In this document: positions 1 through 9,561 of the stretch, piece after piece
How positions within the stretch are numbered: position 1 is the first letter of the stretch
Layout: every line of letters begins with the position of its first letter
DNA from: an uncultured Nitrososphaerales archaeon
GTDB lineage: Archaea; Thermoproteota; Nitrososphaeria; Nitrososphaerales; Nitrososphaeraceae
Direction: 5' to 3'
Assembly (NCBI GenBank): GCA_963709405.1
Contig: CAVPXM010000078.1
Location: 1 to 23,261, forward strand
Length of the DNA stretch: 23,261 nt
Notes under the pieces: model-generated
The model's input: only the letters and a program-made list of their open reading frames with translations
Databases searched by the model: none
What the model was told of the DNA's origin: nothing
Position numbers and translations under genes: made by a program

Positions 1-77
1 GCCCGCCTTTGCAGCCGATGTCGTAAGTTGCATATCCGAGTACTAGCCCTATGTTGCAACCGAGAGGTGACTAATGT

Positions 78-185
78 ATGCCAACCAGAAGCAGAGGAGC
101 TAAGAAAGCATGGACGGCCAGTAGAGATAAGAAAGTGGCAAAAGCACGCGAGAAAAAGAGAGAACGCAAAGCCCAACTTTCTTGA
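78..185 (+). CDS. small very basic protein (35 aa, MPTRSRGAKKAWTASRDKKVAKAREKKRERKAQLS)
   Basis: Translated by hand; GAGGTGA Shine-Dalgarno at 64-70 just before the ATG; K/R-rich; followed by a GGG...CCCCCTTTT terminator-like stretch. Not in the ORF track. Confidence 0.55.
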   Translation: MPTRSRGAKKAWTASRDKKVAKAREKKRERKAQLS

Positions 186-219
186 GGGAGCACACCCCCT
201 TTTAGCAACAATTACGCCT

Positions 220-381
220 TTAATTCCCGGCAAGATTACGCCTGTAACCACGAACATTACGCCCTGACCGGTCCTTCTCAGCCTCAGCGCACCATTTACA
301 CAACTCGCGACCTTCGACAACCCGCTGATTCTCAGGCCTCACAATAGAGCCGCACTGACTACACCTAAACGCGTAGCTTAT
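220..381 (-). CDS. small Zn-finger protein (CSQC-x17-CKWC), possible ATA or miscalled start
   Basis: Manual translation ISYAFRCSQCGSIVRPENQRVVEGRELCKWCAEAEKDRSGRNVRGYRRNLAGN*; GAGGAGG upstream; the putative start overlaps the stop of the upstream gene. Confidence 0.5.
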   Translation of the reverse strand: MSYAFRCSQCGSIVRPENQRVVEGRELCKWCAEAEKDRSGRNVRGYRRNLAGN

Positions 382-559
382 CGATTCCCTCCTCCTCTGC
401 CTGTTCGAGTTCTCCGTCGGCTTATGCCCGCTTCACGGTATTTCTGGAGGCAATCCTGACATCTGAATGGTCTCGTCTTGTCGACAGGGAATCAGGCACG
501 GATTCTTCTTTGCCACAGTCGCTACATTTGTATCGGAAACGCCTGTTTCTATCGCTCAT
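378..559 (-). CDS. CxxC-x17-CxxC domain protein (one frameshift)
   Basis: MSDRNRRFRYKCSDCGKEESVP/FPVDKTRPFRCQDCLQKYREAGISRRRTRTGRGGGNR*. Removing 2 nt near 490 gives exactly 17 residues between the CxxC pairs and the typical VPF..RP..C motif; GGTGGTGA SD upstream. Confidence 0.75.
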
Positions 560-778
560 AATATTCACCACCAATATGACCGCAATCGCCTATCATCATT
601 ACTGCAGGTTCATTTGAAAAGCTGCACGTATAACAACCGGAAGTCAACTGCCGTTTTGCAGCCGCGAACACGCATAGCCAGCCCTGACAGGCGTCGTCAT
701 CATCCACACGGGAAACAGGCGTAAAACAGTAACCTTGAGTTTAGCGGAGTTACCTACTCGTCGGCGACCGCCTAATCT

Positions 779-944
779 TCAAGTCGCCCTTGGCATGACT
801 ATTACAGTGCCACAACTGCTACAGCGCCAGGTTTCAGTGATAGGCTGATGGAATGCTCTGCGAAACTGATCCTGCGCAAGCTCCAATGGCGATTTAGGCA
901 CGGACCGAGTACAGTGGTCGCCCACAACACCTTGGTGCGCTCAT
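779..944 (-). CDS. small Cys-rich Zn-ribbon-like protein (CC...CxxC; one frameshift)
   Basis: MSAPRCCGRPL/TRSVPKSPLELAQDQFRRAFHQPITETWRCSSCGTVIVMPRAT*; the span is 3n+1, consistent with one extra base. Confidence 0.45.
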
Positions 945-1412
945 GTTCTCAAATGAAAGGCATGGAAGCCACGAGTTAAGGCTATACAATCTAAAGTATA
1001 GGCTAGCCTGGCAAGCCGTCGTCGTATGTCGTCGTGGTACACCGTACGATTAGGCATGTGGGGGGTCAAACACCCCTATTTTTCATGTGCAATGGTGAAA
1101 ATTACGCGCTGTGTGTGTACCCTGTGGGTATGAAGAAAAGAGAGAACGCGACGCATCTTACCCACATTACCCTTATCTTAGACAGAGGACGGCAGTCCCG
1201 GGAGTCAAAACAGTGTCTAAAACCAGCGTCAGCCTTCGCAAACGCGCCGGGGTCCTGACGAGCTATAGCTTCGTTGACGGTTCGACGATGACGGGGGGGG
1301 GGGTGCTCATATTGCCGCTACGGCTCATATCTTTTCTTTTCAGCCTTAAGTTACTGCTCGAAATAACGGAGAGCGTCTCGGCATCAAGGAAGTTCGCCAG
1401 ATCTTCAGATCT

Positions 1413-1847
1413 TCATTTCATACTCCAGAGTTGAAGACCAGTCTCCACATCGTAGGAACGCGTGAGCAAGGATCCTTCGAAGGCTTCTATGATGAACTCA
1501 CAGGCGAAAACTACTGTGCCTGGGGCTAGGTGTCCTCCGTACGCTCTACCCTCTCTATCTGCTAGCGTCAAATGTGCGTGAACCATCGGTTCCCCGTCTT
1601 TCAGAGACACGTTTCCAACGAGCTTTGTTATCTCGAATTCATTCTCCATGTCGATGAATCTGTACTCTCTTGCCTGTTGATCATAGTAGGCAAGTCTTGC
1701 TTTGCTGACTGCACCTAACGCTTCGACCCGTCCCAGCTGGATCTTCTCTTCTTTGCATATTCTCGTGATCTCGTCCAGCAAATCAGAGCCATGCTGTAGT
1801 TTGCCAATGAGATGCCTTGAGCTATGGATCTCTCGCCACTTTGTCAT
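1413..1847 (-). CDS. PPC domain / DUF296 family protein
   Basis: Motifs LQHGSDLLDEI, GAVSKA, EITKLVGNVS, HAHLTLAD..G.AYGGHL, FACE are characteristic of DUF296. Confidence 0.92.
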   Translation of the reverse strand: MTKWREIHSSRHLIGKLQHGSDLLDEITRICKEEKIQLGRVEALGAVSKARLAYYDQQAREYRFIDMENEFEITKLVGNVSLKDGEPMVHAHLTLADREGRAYGGHLAPGTVVFACEFIIEAFEGSLLTRSYDVETGLQLWSMK

Positions 1848-2079
1848 ATCATTACAGCATGTTCATGTCGCATAAGAATCCGTAAGGGAAGCAGAAGAAA
1901 AGCCTAGGGCGCATAGCTCTTCAAGAGCCTGTGAAGTAGCTCCAAGTCTTGCTTGATTCGAGAAATGTGCCTTCGACCTTCAGCCACTAGCTGCCTGAAA
2001 ACTGTGTTCTAATCCTTCGAAGTCTAGTACTAATCGGTCGATTCATCTTGGGGTGGCTCAGATGAATAGGCCGTGAGAT

Positions 2080-2382
2080 ATGATACGTAAACGTGTAATC
2101 GCCATCAGTTTGGTAGTAATAGTTGTGCTAGGCGTTTTCCTCTACTACTTCGCAATACCACGGATCTCCGTATCAGGAACGGGTACAGTAAGCACTACAC
2201 GGATCAAGGACAGATTCGACGACTTCAAGAAGAGGTTAATTGAAGCTCAGGAGAGTAACAGGTCCTCGGAATTTCAAGAGCGGTCACCAGTATTTTCGAA
2301 GCCTAATCCTTTCTTCGTGCAGAACCGATACTTCTGCATCACACTTCGTCTTCTCCCATCTCGACCTCATCATACCACTTGA
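2080..2382 (+). CDS. hypothetical membrane-anchored protein
   Basis: Basic N-terminus followed by one hydrophobic helix (VIAISLVVIVVLGVFLYYF). The 3' end overlaps the convergent gene, so the true end is uncertain. Confidence 0.4.
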   Translation: MIRKRVIAISLVVIVVLGVFLYYFAIPRISVSGTGTVSTTRIKDRFDDFKKRLIEAQESNRSSEFQERSPVFSKPNPFFVQNRYFCITLRLLPSRPHHTT

Positions 2383-3109
2383 CTCGCTCGCCGATGAGGT
2401 TTCTTATTGTCCACTTGAGTCCTTTCTTCGCCGTAATGAGGCTGCTCAGAATCGTGTTCAGCTTCTGCATCAGATTCCTGCTTTCTTCGATTCCCAACAC
2501 TTTCGTCATGGGATCGATTTTTCGTATGTTGTCGGTAACGGTCTTATGGAGGCCCCAATCTCGCGAACATAGTTGTGCCATGTACTCTAGATTGAGCGTT
2601 TCATGATCGTTGACATACCCAAGTTCATGGTCTTCCACAATTGCCACGATATCCTTCACGTCTTTCTCATTCAATTTCACAATCTGTAGCTTGGTCAATA
2701 ACAGATCTGTGATCGGTATCGTCAGGTCGTCCAATCGAAGACGCGGTCTGAAGTCAATTGTGTGATCCATTATGAATTTGTCAAGGAAAACGTCGACGCT
2801 ATTCTGTGATTCTCCGAGTATGAACTGCAGACGAGTTGCGCCGTACAGCATGTTGTACTTTCTGTTTGGCAGATAGTGCATCTTTTCAAAGACTGACCTG
2901 ATTCTGTCGACTTCTTCCCTGAAACCAAAAAAGTCGATATCCTGGTAATCTCGCAGATGTTGAGAGTGGGGACCATGGCAGTGGAATCTGATTGCCAATC
3001 CTCCAATGACTCTCAGCGTTACTCCATTCTCTTGCGCTATTCTCACAATTGTCTTCGCTTGTTCGGTCGGGTTCGTGTCTTTTTGCGTACTCAATGTCAT
3101 TCTATTCAT
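2339..3109 (-). CDS. nucleotidyltransferase-superfamily-like hypothetical protein
   Basis: Intact 256-aa ORF with IGGLA...DID motif, later VDVF and LLLTKLQ...KDVKD motifs, typical of NTase-fold proteins. Confidence 0.65.
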   Translation of the reverse strand: MNRMTLSTQKDTNPTEQAKTIVRIAQENGVTLRVIGGLAIRFHCHGPHSQHLRDYQDIDFFGFREEVDRIRSVFEKMHYLPNRKYNMLYGATRLQFILGESQNSVDVFLDKFIMDHTIDFRPRLRLDDLTIPITDLLLTKLQIVKLNEKDVKDIVAIVEDHELGYVNDHETLNLEYMAQLCSRDWGLHKTVTDNIRKIDPMTKVLGIEESRNLMQKLNTILSSLITAKKGLKWTIRNLIGERVKWYDEVEMGEDEV

Positions 3110-3198
3110 TTGACAGTGATTCTTCCGATTTGGGATAGTCGGTCCTAGGACTCAGTATCAAGAAATGAAAGAACTGGGGTCGAGTCAGCGAATCAGAG

Positions 3199-4901
3199 CT
3201 AGTCGGTCTGTTTCTGCCCGCATCTCGGGCAGTGGATCTGTCCTTGCTTCAGCTCGTGACCGCAGTTCGTGCATCGCAACGCAATGGAGACTGGTGGCTT
3301 CGCCACAGTCTAGTTTCCTGAACTGGCATAACGGACTCTGCGGTTCCAGAAGATTCAGGTGGCGGAGGTGGTTTGACAGCTGATGGTCCGCGTCTTCTTC
3401 TCATCAAGAGGAGCAGAGCTACTGCGATGGCGATAAGGCGGCGATGACGCCCCCAGCGATTAGATAGATTTGGAAGTAGTCTGTTGTCCAAACGGCAGTT
3501 ACAGTCCTCGGTCCGTCCATGTTGATCGAACCCTTCGGATTCTTGCCCGGTATAGTCGCCCTTCCACTCGACAAAGACAAAGCCGACTGGAGAGTGTCAC
3601 CGAGAAGGATGCAGTATCCCCGGACTTGTAGTAGCCACTGCCCGTAGGGTTTCCATACTCAGAGACAACAGTCAGTAGGAACATTGTATCGAATTTTGCC
3701 TACTATCGTGTGAGGCGCATCCATGACAACTCCAAACCCGTTGCCGGACCTCTGTGTCCCATCAACGGTCCAAGCAGTGAAGACATACTTAGTGCCCTTC
3801 GTGCCCTCAACCTCGGCAGGGACAGCGGCAATTGATGCGGTTGCGCCTTTGGCGTACCAACCTGAGGAAGTCACGTCAGTAATGCCCGTCGGTTCTACAC
3901 TCACATTCAAGTAGACTTGGGTCACATAATTGAATACGTTTGATCCTGCCGCGTTCGCAGTCCAACTATTTGCTGCACAATAATACCTGTAGCCTGTAGT
4001 GCCGGTCACGTATTGGTCAACTTGGAATGTATGCGACGTGCCAACAGGATAGCTGATGACTTTGACATCACCACCCTTCATATCGGCTACTTTGCTTCCA
4101 TCTACGAGCAATGCAGTAGAATTTGTCGAGAGTCCCGGCCAACGAGATGGTGATATCATAAGTGTTGGGAAGAATTGCGAAGGTTGCGGTCGCTTGAGCT
4201 GTCCCGCCAGTAGATGGCAGTCAATTGTGCAGTATAAGTACCTAGAGGATCAGCTGCGGTCTTTGAGAAAGTCGCAGATAGAGGGGCGAAGACTCCCTGC
4301 GCGTTCGCCCATTCGCTGCCATCCGGTTTCTTCACAGTCAGGGAGTATTGTGCTGGGAGATTGGAATCCATGTTGAGAGTGACAGTTTCACCCTTCATGT
4401 ATGAAGTTTTGTAGTCGGCACGATGTGAACGGCCAGTTGACCGAAGGTTGGTAACAGATTGATCGTCAGCGTCGGGCCAGATATCGTGGAACCTCCTGAA
4501 TCCTTTCCCAGGACCCTGACGGAGTAGGAGAGTAAATAGGAGCCCTGCTGACCAGGGCAGACTTGGGCTGGGTCCGGAAGCGGAATCGTAAGGGTGGAGG
4601 TCTTGGTCTGCCCAGGACCAGTGAAAGTCAGTTGGCTAGGAGAAAAGAAACCATAGTATGATTCGTAGTATGATCCATAGTAATAGTCCGACAAATACAG
4701 CGCAACTGTATTGGGCGTCGTGCCCGTTCCCGAGCTGGTCACACTGATCCGATTGGTCACAAATCCCGCCATTTGGCCTGTGGTACTCGTCCAGTCAACG
4801 GCGGAAATCGTGTACGTCAGTGCGGCTTGAGCAGGCGTCGCTAAGGAGACAACGCTCAGCAGGAGAATGAGAAGAATCAGCCAACGAGACAATTTCACCA
4901 A
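3199..4901 (-). CDS. secreted / surface protein with InlB-B-like repeats, a TM helix and a C-terminal zinc ribbon (several frameshifts)
   Basis: Signal peptide (MVKLSRWLILLILLLSVVSLATPAQA); repeats GWY..G.TASI...YVFTAW and LTVVSEYGNPTGSGYY..G; TM helix then RRRR; C-terminal CTNCGHELKQGQIHCPRCGQKQTD* read by hand. Five consecutive ORF pieces on the same strand. Confidence 0.75.
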
Positions 4902-5263
4902 TTAGATCCCAACCTCTCATCCGGCCGGTCTATCGTATAAAAGAATGCGAGAGTTCCATTAGGGCGAAATTTGCCTAAGCCTCTTCCTGTTATCGTCATG
5001 AGGACTGCATAAGATTGAGTAAGCCTACTTTATCTTATAACCATTTGTGTTTCCACGTGGGTCAGAGAAGAACCATCAGTGCTCCTGTCATTCTGCAAGA
5101 TGAGCGGCGACTCAGAATAATGCCTTCAAATCACAGCCGTCTTGCGTAACTCTGAATCCTCATTGTCGCCAAGTTCGTGTGAGGTTGAACATGATAATAA
5201 GGCCTGCTCGCTCGGAAATCTGTCAGTCACGCACTTCCGAAAGGGGCAAGCTGCCCGTTCGCA

Positions 5264-6124
5264 TTATGCGAGGACCAGGATGAGGGCTGCAAATGCCGCT
5301 TCCCGGAGATCGTCGCGATCAGATTAACGACATTGTTGTCGATGATCTTATGCCCCTTCAGCGGAATCGATGGGGCTCCGCAATGTCTGCGGTTCTCTGT
5401 GATTTTATCGCAGATGCCACATTTGTAGATTCCCTGAACGGTGGCTCCAATGATGCTGTCGACAGAGCATCCGACAAGCCCTGCTATCATCGTCGTGCCG
5501 ATCAAGACAGTATATGGCCAACCAGGATTACCTGTCATTCCCAAAAGTCCAGCAACAACACCGACAATCAAGGCTCCGAACAACGCGGCAAGCTCGCCAA
5601 AGAGGGAGATGCCGCCAGATGTGCCAGCGGGAACGATCCTCCTCCAGTCCGTAATCAATTTGGGGTCGCTTGGGTTCAGGAGTCCGATCTCCGTGGCTAA
5701 TGTGTCTGCGTTTGCCGTCGCTACGGCGCCTAGAAACGCAGCCAAGATTACCGTTTCTCCCGAAAAGAAGGGAGTCAGCAGCACCAGCAGTCCAGCGACG
5801 ACGCCGTTCGCGGTGACATTCGCCCAGCCACGTGCGCCGCCTTTCTCTTGTGCGAATCCTTTCTTCCGTTTTGCCTGATACTTGTAGTGTGTCATGTAGC
5901 TCGAAACCGAAAGGAAGACCAGAAGCACGAACAAACCATTTCCAGCCCTCGGCAGGCACGGTGAAGGTCACAAAGCCTATGAGAAATGCGCTGATGGCGC
6001 CGCCTTCGTCAAGGATATGAGCCCTCCAAGCTCCCACTGCGAGGGCTGCACAAATTGCGCCGGCAACGAGTACAAATGTGACGTCAACCATTTCTGTCAT
6101 CGGCTGCGTTTTCTCTATCGTCAT
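5264..6124 (-). CDS. DUF92 / TMEM19 / VTE6-like membrane protein (frameshifts near 5935 and 5300)
   Basis: Motifs RGWANVTANG, ATANADTLATEIG, VPAGTSGGISLFG, VDSIIGATVQ, DNNVVNL; Cys-rich insert CGIC...HCG. Start codon uncertain (6100 or 6124). Confidence 0.88.
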
Positions 6125-6186
6125 TGTATGTATTTGTTCAGAGCAGAACCACAATGGCATATATTGCTTCAGAAATGTGCTGAGCC

Positions 6187-6906
6187 TTGCAACTCTCTAT
6201 CTTTGATCTGAGTCTCGCGGTTCTGGTTTTTGTGCTTGTGATTCTCCTAATAGGCGCGGTTGAATTTCTGAGAAGGAAACTGAGCCTCGGCGCCTACACG
6301 ACGCGAAGAGCTATTCACCTGTTCGCTGGAGATTCAATTCTCTTCGTGCCTTTGTTCTCGAGTGTTATCTATCCTCTTCTGCTTCCGATCGGAATGGGGT
6401 TGGTTACTGCCCTTTCGTTCGCTCTCCGCAAGCAGAGCTTCCTGACTCAGTCAATGATCGACGAAAAGCGATACTCGCGATTACACTCATACGGACCAGT
6501 TTTCTATATCATATCGATCGGCGCCTTACTTGTCGCTCTTTGGAGTCAAAAGCCAATCATAATGGCTGCAACGATGGTGATGGCATGGGGCGACGGCGCC
6601 GCATCCGCGATTACGCCTTCGCTCAAGAATAGGCATCTTCACCTATTTTCAGACAAGTCGTTTGAAGGCTCCGCGATGATGTCTGTCTTTGCTTTTTTGG
6701 GAGCTCTGGTCTCGTATGCTCTTGCATTGTTCACAGGAATTACGTCCGCGAATCTGATGTCGATAATCATTCTTTGCTTTTTGGGAGCCCTTGTAGGTAC
6801 TGTTGCCGAGGCATTGACGATCGGTCCAATTAGGCCATTCGACAACTTCACTGTGCCCTTTGGCTGTGCGATTGCGCTCTTCTTGATCACTCCTCTCATT
6901 CCATAG
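6187..6906 (+). CDS. polyprenol / phytol / dolichol kinase-like CTP-dependent membrane kinase (cytidylyltransferase family)
   Basis: RRAIHL, AWGDGAAS, KSFEGS, AEAL, FDNFTVP motifs of the SEC59/DGK1/VTE5 family; multiple TM helices. Confidence 0.88.
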   Translation: MQLSIFDLSLAVLVFVLVILLIGAVEFLRRKLSLGAYTTRRAIHLFAGDSILFVPLFSSVIYPLLLPIGMGLVTALSFALRKQSFLTQSMIDEKRYSRLHSYGPVFYIISIGALLVALWSQKPIIMAATMVMAWGDGAASAITPSLKNRHLHLFSDKSFEGSAMMSVFAFLGALVSYALALFTGITSANLMSIIILCFLGALVGTVAEALTIGPIRPFDNFTVPFGCAIALFLITPLIP

Positions 6907-7072
6907 TTGCAAATGCTTTCCACTCCTCATGGGCACAAGAGATGTTTTCAAACCGCCTCTATCCTCTCATGCACAGTGCGATTCTTGGGCACTGTCGGCA
7001 TCCATTCTTGTGGGGATATCAGCGCGAAACCAGGCCATGCGTGAACTCCGAAAGACCCCTAACTCCGCTAAA

Positions 7073-7314
7073 GCAGGTGCATCACGACGTTCATCAGCAT
7101 TGTAAGAGAGAATCCCCGTCATATCTTTGAGTGGTAAGGCTCAGTATCTTGAGTATGAAGCCTCTAAGGAGGTGACAGTCCAGAATTTGCGCGAGCTCCG
7201 AGATGATCTTGCGAAGAGGGAAGGAATCTCAGATGTCTCAATCCATCATGTTGTCGATAGGGTCTGTGTTGGAGATGAAAACTTGATAATTGTGGTTTTC
7301 GGGACTCGCCATAG
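7073..7314 (+). pseudogene. moaE: molybdopterin synthase catalytic subunit MoaE, partial (frameshifted, truncated at the junction)
   Basis: AG(A)ITTFISIVRE.../GKAQYLEYEA...DVSIHH...VGDENLIIVVFGTRH; similarity stops abruptly where base composition changes. N-terminus not identifiable. Confidence 0.7.
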
Positions 7315-7522
7315 CTCATTATCTTCATAAGTTCATACCAATTCAATCCTCAAACATCTATGATAGAACGAATAAGTATACTGATAATTTCCTCATCTAC
7401 CTTGGTAGAACTCAATCTAGTATGATGGGCTTCATTTCTGCCAATATTATCTTCGAATTCATCAGTTGAAATTTGTTGACATGCGTCACGTTTTTGGTAG
7501 TAATCACTAGATTTAGACAAAA

Positions 7523-8242
7523 ATGAAATTTAATAAAATAAGAAGTATCAAATTAGATAATTTTATTCTATTTGCATCATTACCAGATATCGGAAAAGTT
7601 GGTGGGATTGCTTCTTCCTACCTGGCAGAAAATCTCAAGACAGAATTTGTGGCAGAAATAATATCAAATGAAAAGCCTTGGGTTTCGGTACAAGGAGGGC
7701 GTCGTAAAGTGCACGGTTGACTCCTATCAGATTTATTATAGCAAGGATGCTAATCTACTAATCTTTACAGGCAACTCACAACCACAAGATCCTCGAGAGC
7801 TTCACCAACTTTGTAATCTACTTCTAGACTACACACAAGAAATCGGAAAAGTTAAGCTTTTGTACGGGCAGGAGGATACCTTCGAGAACAAGTAACCGGT
7901 GCACCAAAAGTTTGCGGCGTAGTAAGCGATCCGAATCTAAAAAAAATATTAGCCGAGTTCAAAATAGATCTCATTGGAAATGAAATTGAAAGTATAACAT
8001 GGTTCAATGGGTTAATATTAGGACTCGCTGGCGAAAGGGATATAGCTGCGATAGGTCTTTTTGGAGAGATTTCTGAAACAGCTTTGCCACAACCTTTGGC
8101 AGCTAAGAGTATTGTTAACGCGTTCGCAAGAATTGAAGGCATCCCGCTCAATACAAGACCATTGGACAAACAATATGAAGCTATTCTGCAAGGCCTTCAA
8201 AATCAAAAGAATTTGCAAAATTTTCGCCCAGGTATAGGCTGA
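7523..8242 (+). CDS. PAC2 family proteasome assembly chaperone (two frameshifts)
   Basis: SLPDIGKVGG, FTGNSQP, then (G)GYLREQVTGAPKVCG, ITWFNGLILG, GLFGEISET..PQPLAAK read across frames; ends PGIG*. Confidence 0.85.
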
Positions 8243-8738
8243 GGAATAATTCATTCTATTTCTCAACTTTGTGAGCCCCTTGAATGAGGCACCAAATATT
8301 TACTAGTGTAGATTTTTAAAAAATAACAAATAGATACGGAAAGTATTAGTAGCCATACCACTACTAATACATCTGAATTCGACGGTTAATGTGATCTAAC
8401 TCGTTGATGCAGAAATTCTGTAAGGACCATTGTCTCCATACATTATTTTAAGACATTCTTACTACTAAATATGAATATACACCTGTATGATAGGTTAACA
8501 AAATACGATTTTCGATCCTTATTCTAAATGAACCCGATTTTGCGCGCTTACTTTGACAGACCAATTGTGGGTACTTGAAGTCAAGAGTCGAAAAGATGCA
8601 TCGAAATAAGAAACTTATAGTACACTCCTAAGATTTAGTAAGACTAGAACTTTATTGTTACCTCGATATAGTAATCGGTTCTATAATAGTGTTTGACGAT
8701 GTTTTTATTCAATGCTCCTATAAAAATATGATATTAAT

Positions 8739-9073
8739 GTGAAGAATAGGAATAATCTGGAAATAATCGCGCTGATCTTGGAGATCGCTAGGGGAAGAAA
8801 AGCTACGCAAATTAGGATCATGTACAAAGCCTACTTATCGTACGTACCAGCTTAAAGAATATCTGTCTCAGCTATTAGAAAATGGGTTGATTACTTATCA
8901 GGAAGGCGAAAGGACATATCGTACTACTGAAAAAGGCTTTCATTTTTTGAGAATTTATAATCAAATTAGCGAAGCGTTTGTAACAACAAAGTCTTCTTCT
9001 AGTGGGGGATAGATTAGATCTTCGATACAGGGAGATTTATGTCTCACTGAATACAATAGCATATGATATTTGA
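8739..9073 (+). CDS. winged helix-turn-helix protein (HTH_45 type), one frameshift
   Basis: Manual translation VKNRNNLEIIALILEIARGRKATQIRIMYKAYLSY/QLKEYLSQLLENGLITY...YRTTEKGFHFLRIY; family expanded in Nitrososphaerales. Missing from the ORF track. Confidence 0.85.
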
Positions 9074-9561
9074 CTGCATTGGCAATCAATCAATAAATCA
9101 TATAATTGACATGAAATTATGATTAGGATTGATGTGGAACGAGAAATGGTCCCAGACTTGAATTAGGGCCTGGGAAATAATCGTAGGCATTGACAAGCAT
9201 GCATTGTATTGGCATAGTAAGAAATCAATACGGAATTTTATTAGAAACGGGAATGTTATAAGCAGAAAAGTAATGTTAGCATTTTATACATTCCAAATGC
9301 ATTGAGACTGTTACCATTTATGCAAAAAACAATACCGATAGTCCTATTGTCAGGACAAAAGGATTGTGTTGATACGATTCGACAATAATAGGACGAAGGT
9401 TGAATTATCTTGTAAGATAAATCTTGGGTTTCTTTCTATGTTCTCTGGGCTTCTGAGTAATCCCTTGAGAAATGGAAGGCCAGAAGCATTAGGCAGATTT
9501 TCGAAAGAAGCAGAATAGCAATCTATATCTGTCGAATAGTTTAGTATCGTACATTAACGAA

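Noticed and set aside
211-263. Three ATTACGCC copies spaced 24 and 21 bp, as iterons or operators
   Set aside because: Short, unevenly spaced and mostly inside the 3' end of a small ORF; too little support.
590-705. Two ATGATGA (C-box-like) motifs on the minus strand as a C/D sRNA
   Set aside because: No properly placed CTGA D or D' boxes found.
1034-1434. ORFs 1034-1258 and 1111-1434, and the long G run near 1293-1303 as a phase-variable tract
   Set aside because: No recognisable protein or regulated gene, and homopolymer length is unreliable in this sequence.
5293-5878. Long plus-strand ORFs opposite DUF92, and similar antisense ORFs in cofH, top1, Nif3 and taw1
   Set aside because: Shadow frames of well-supported genes on the other strand.
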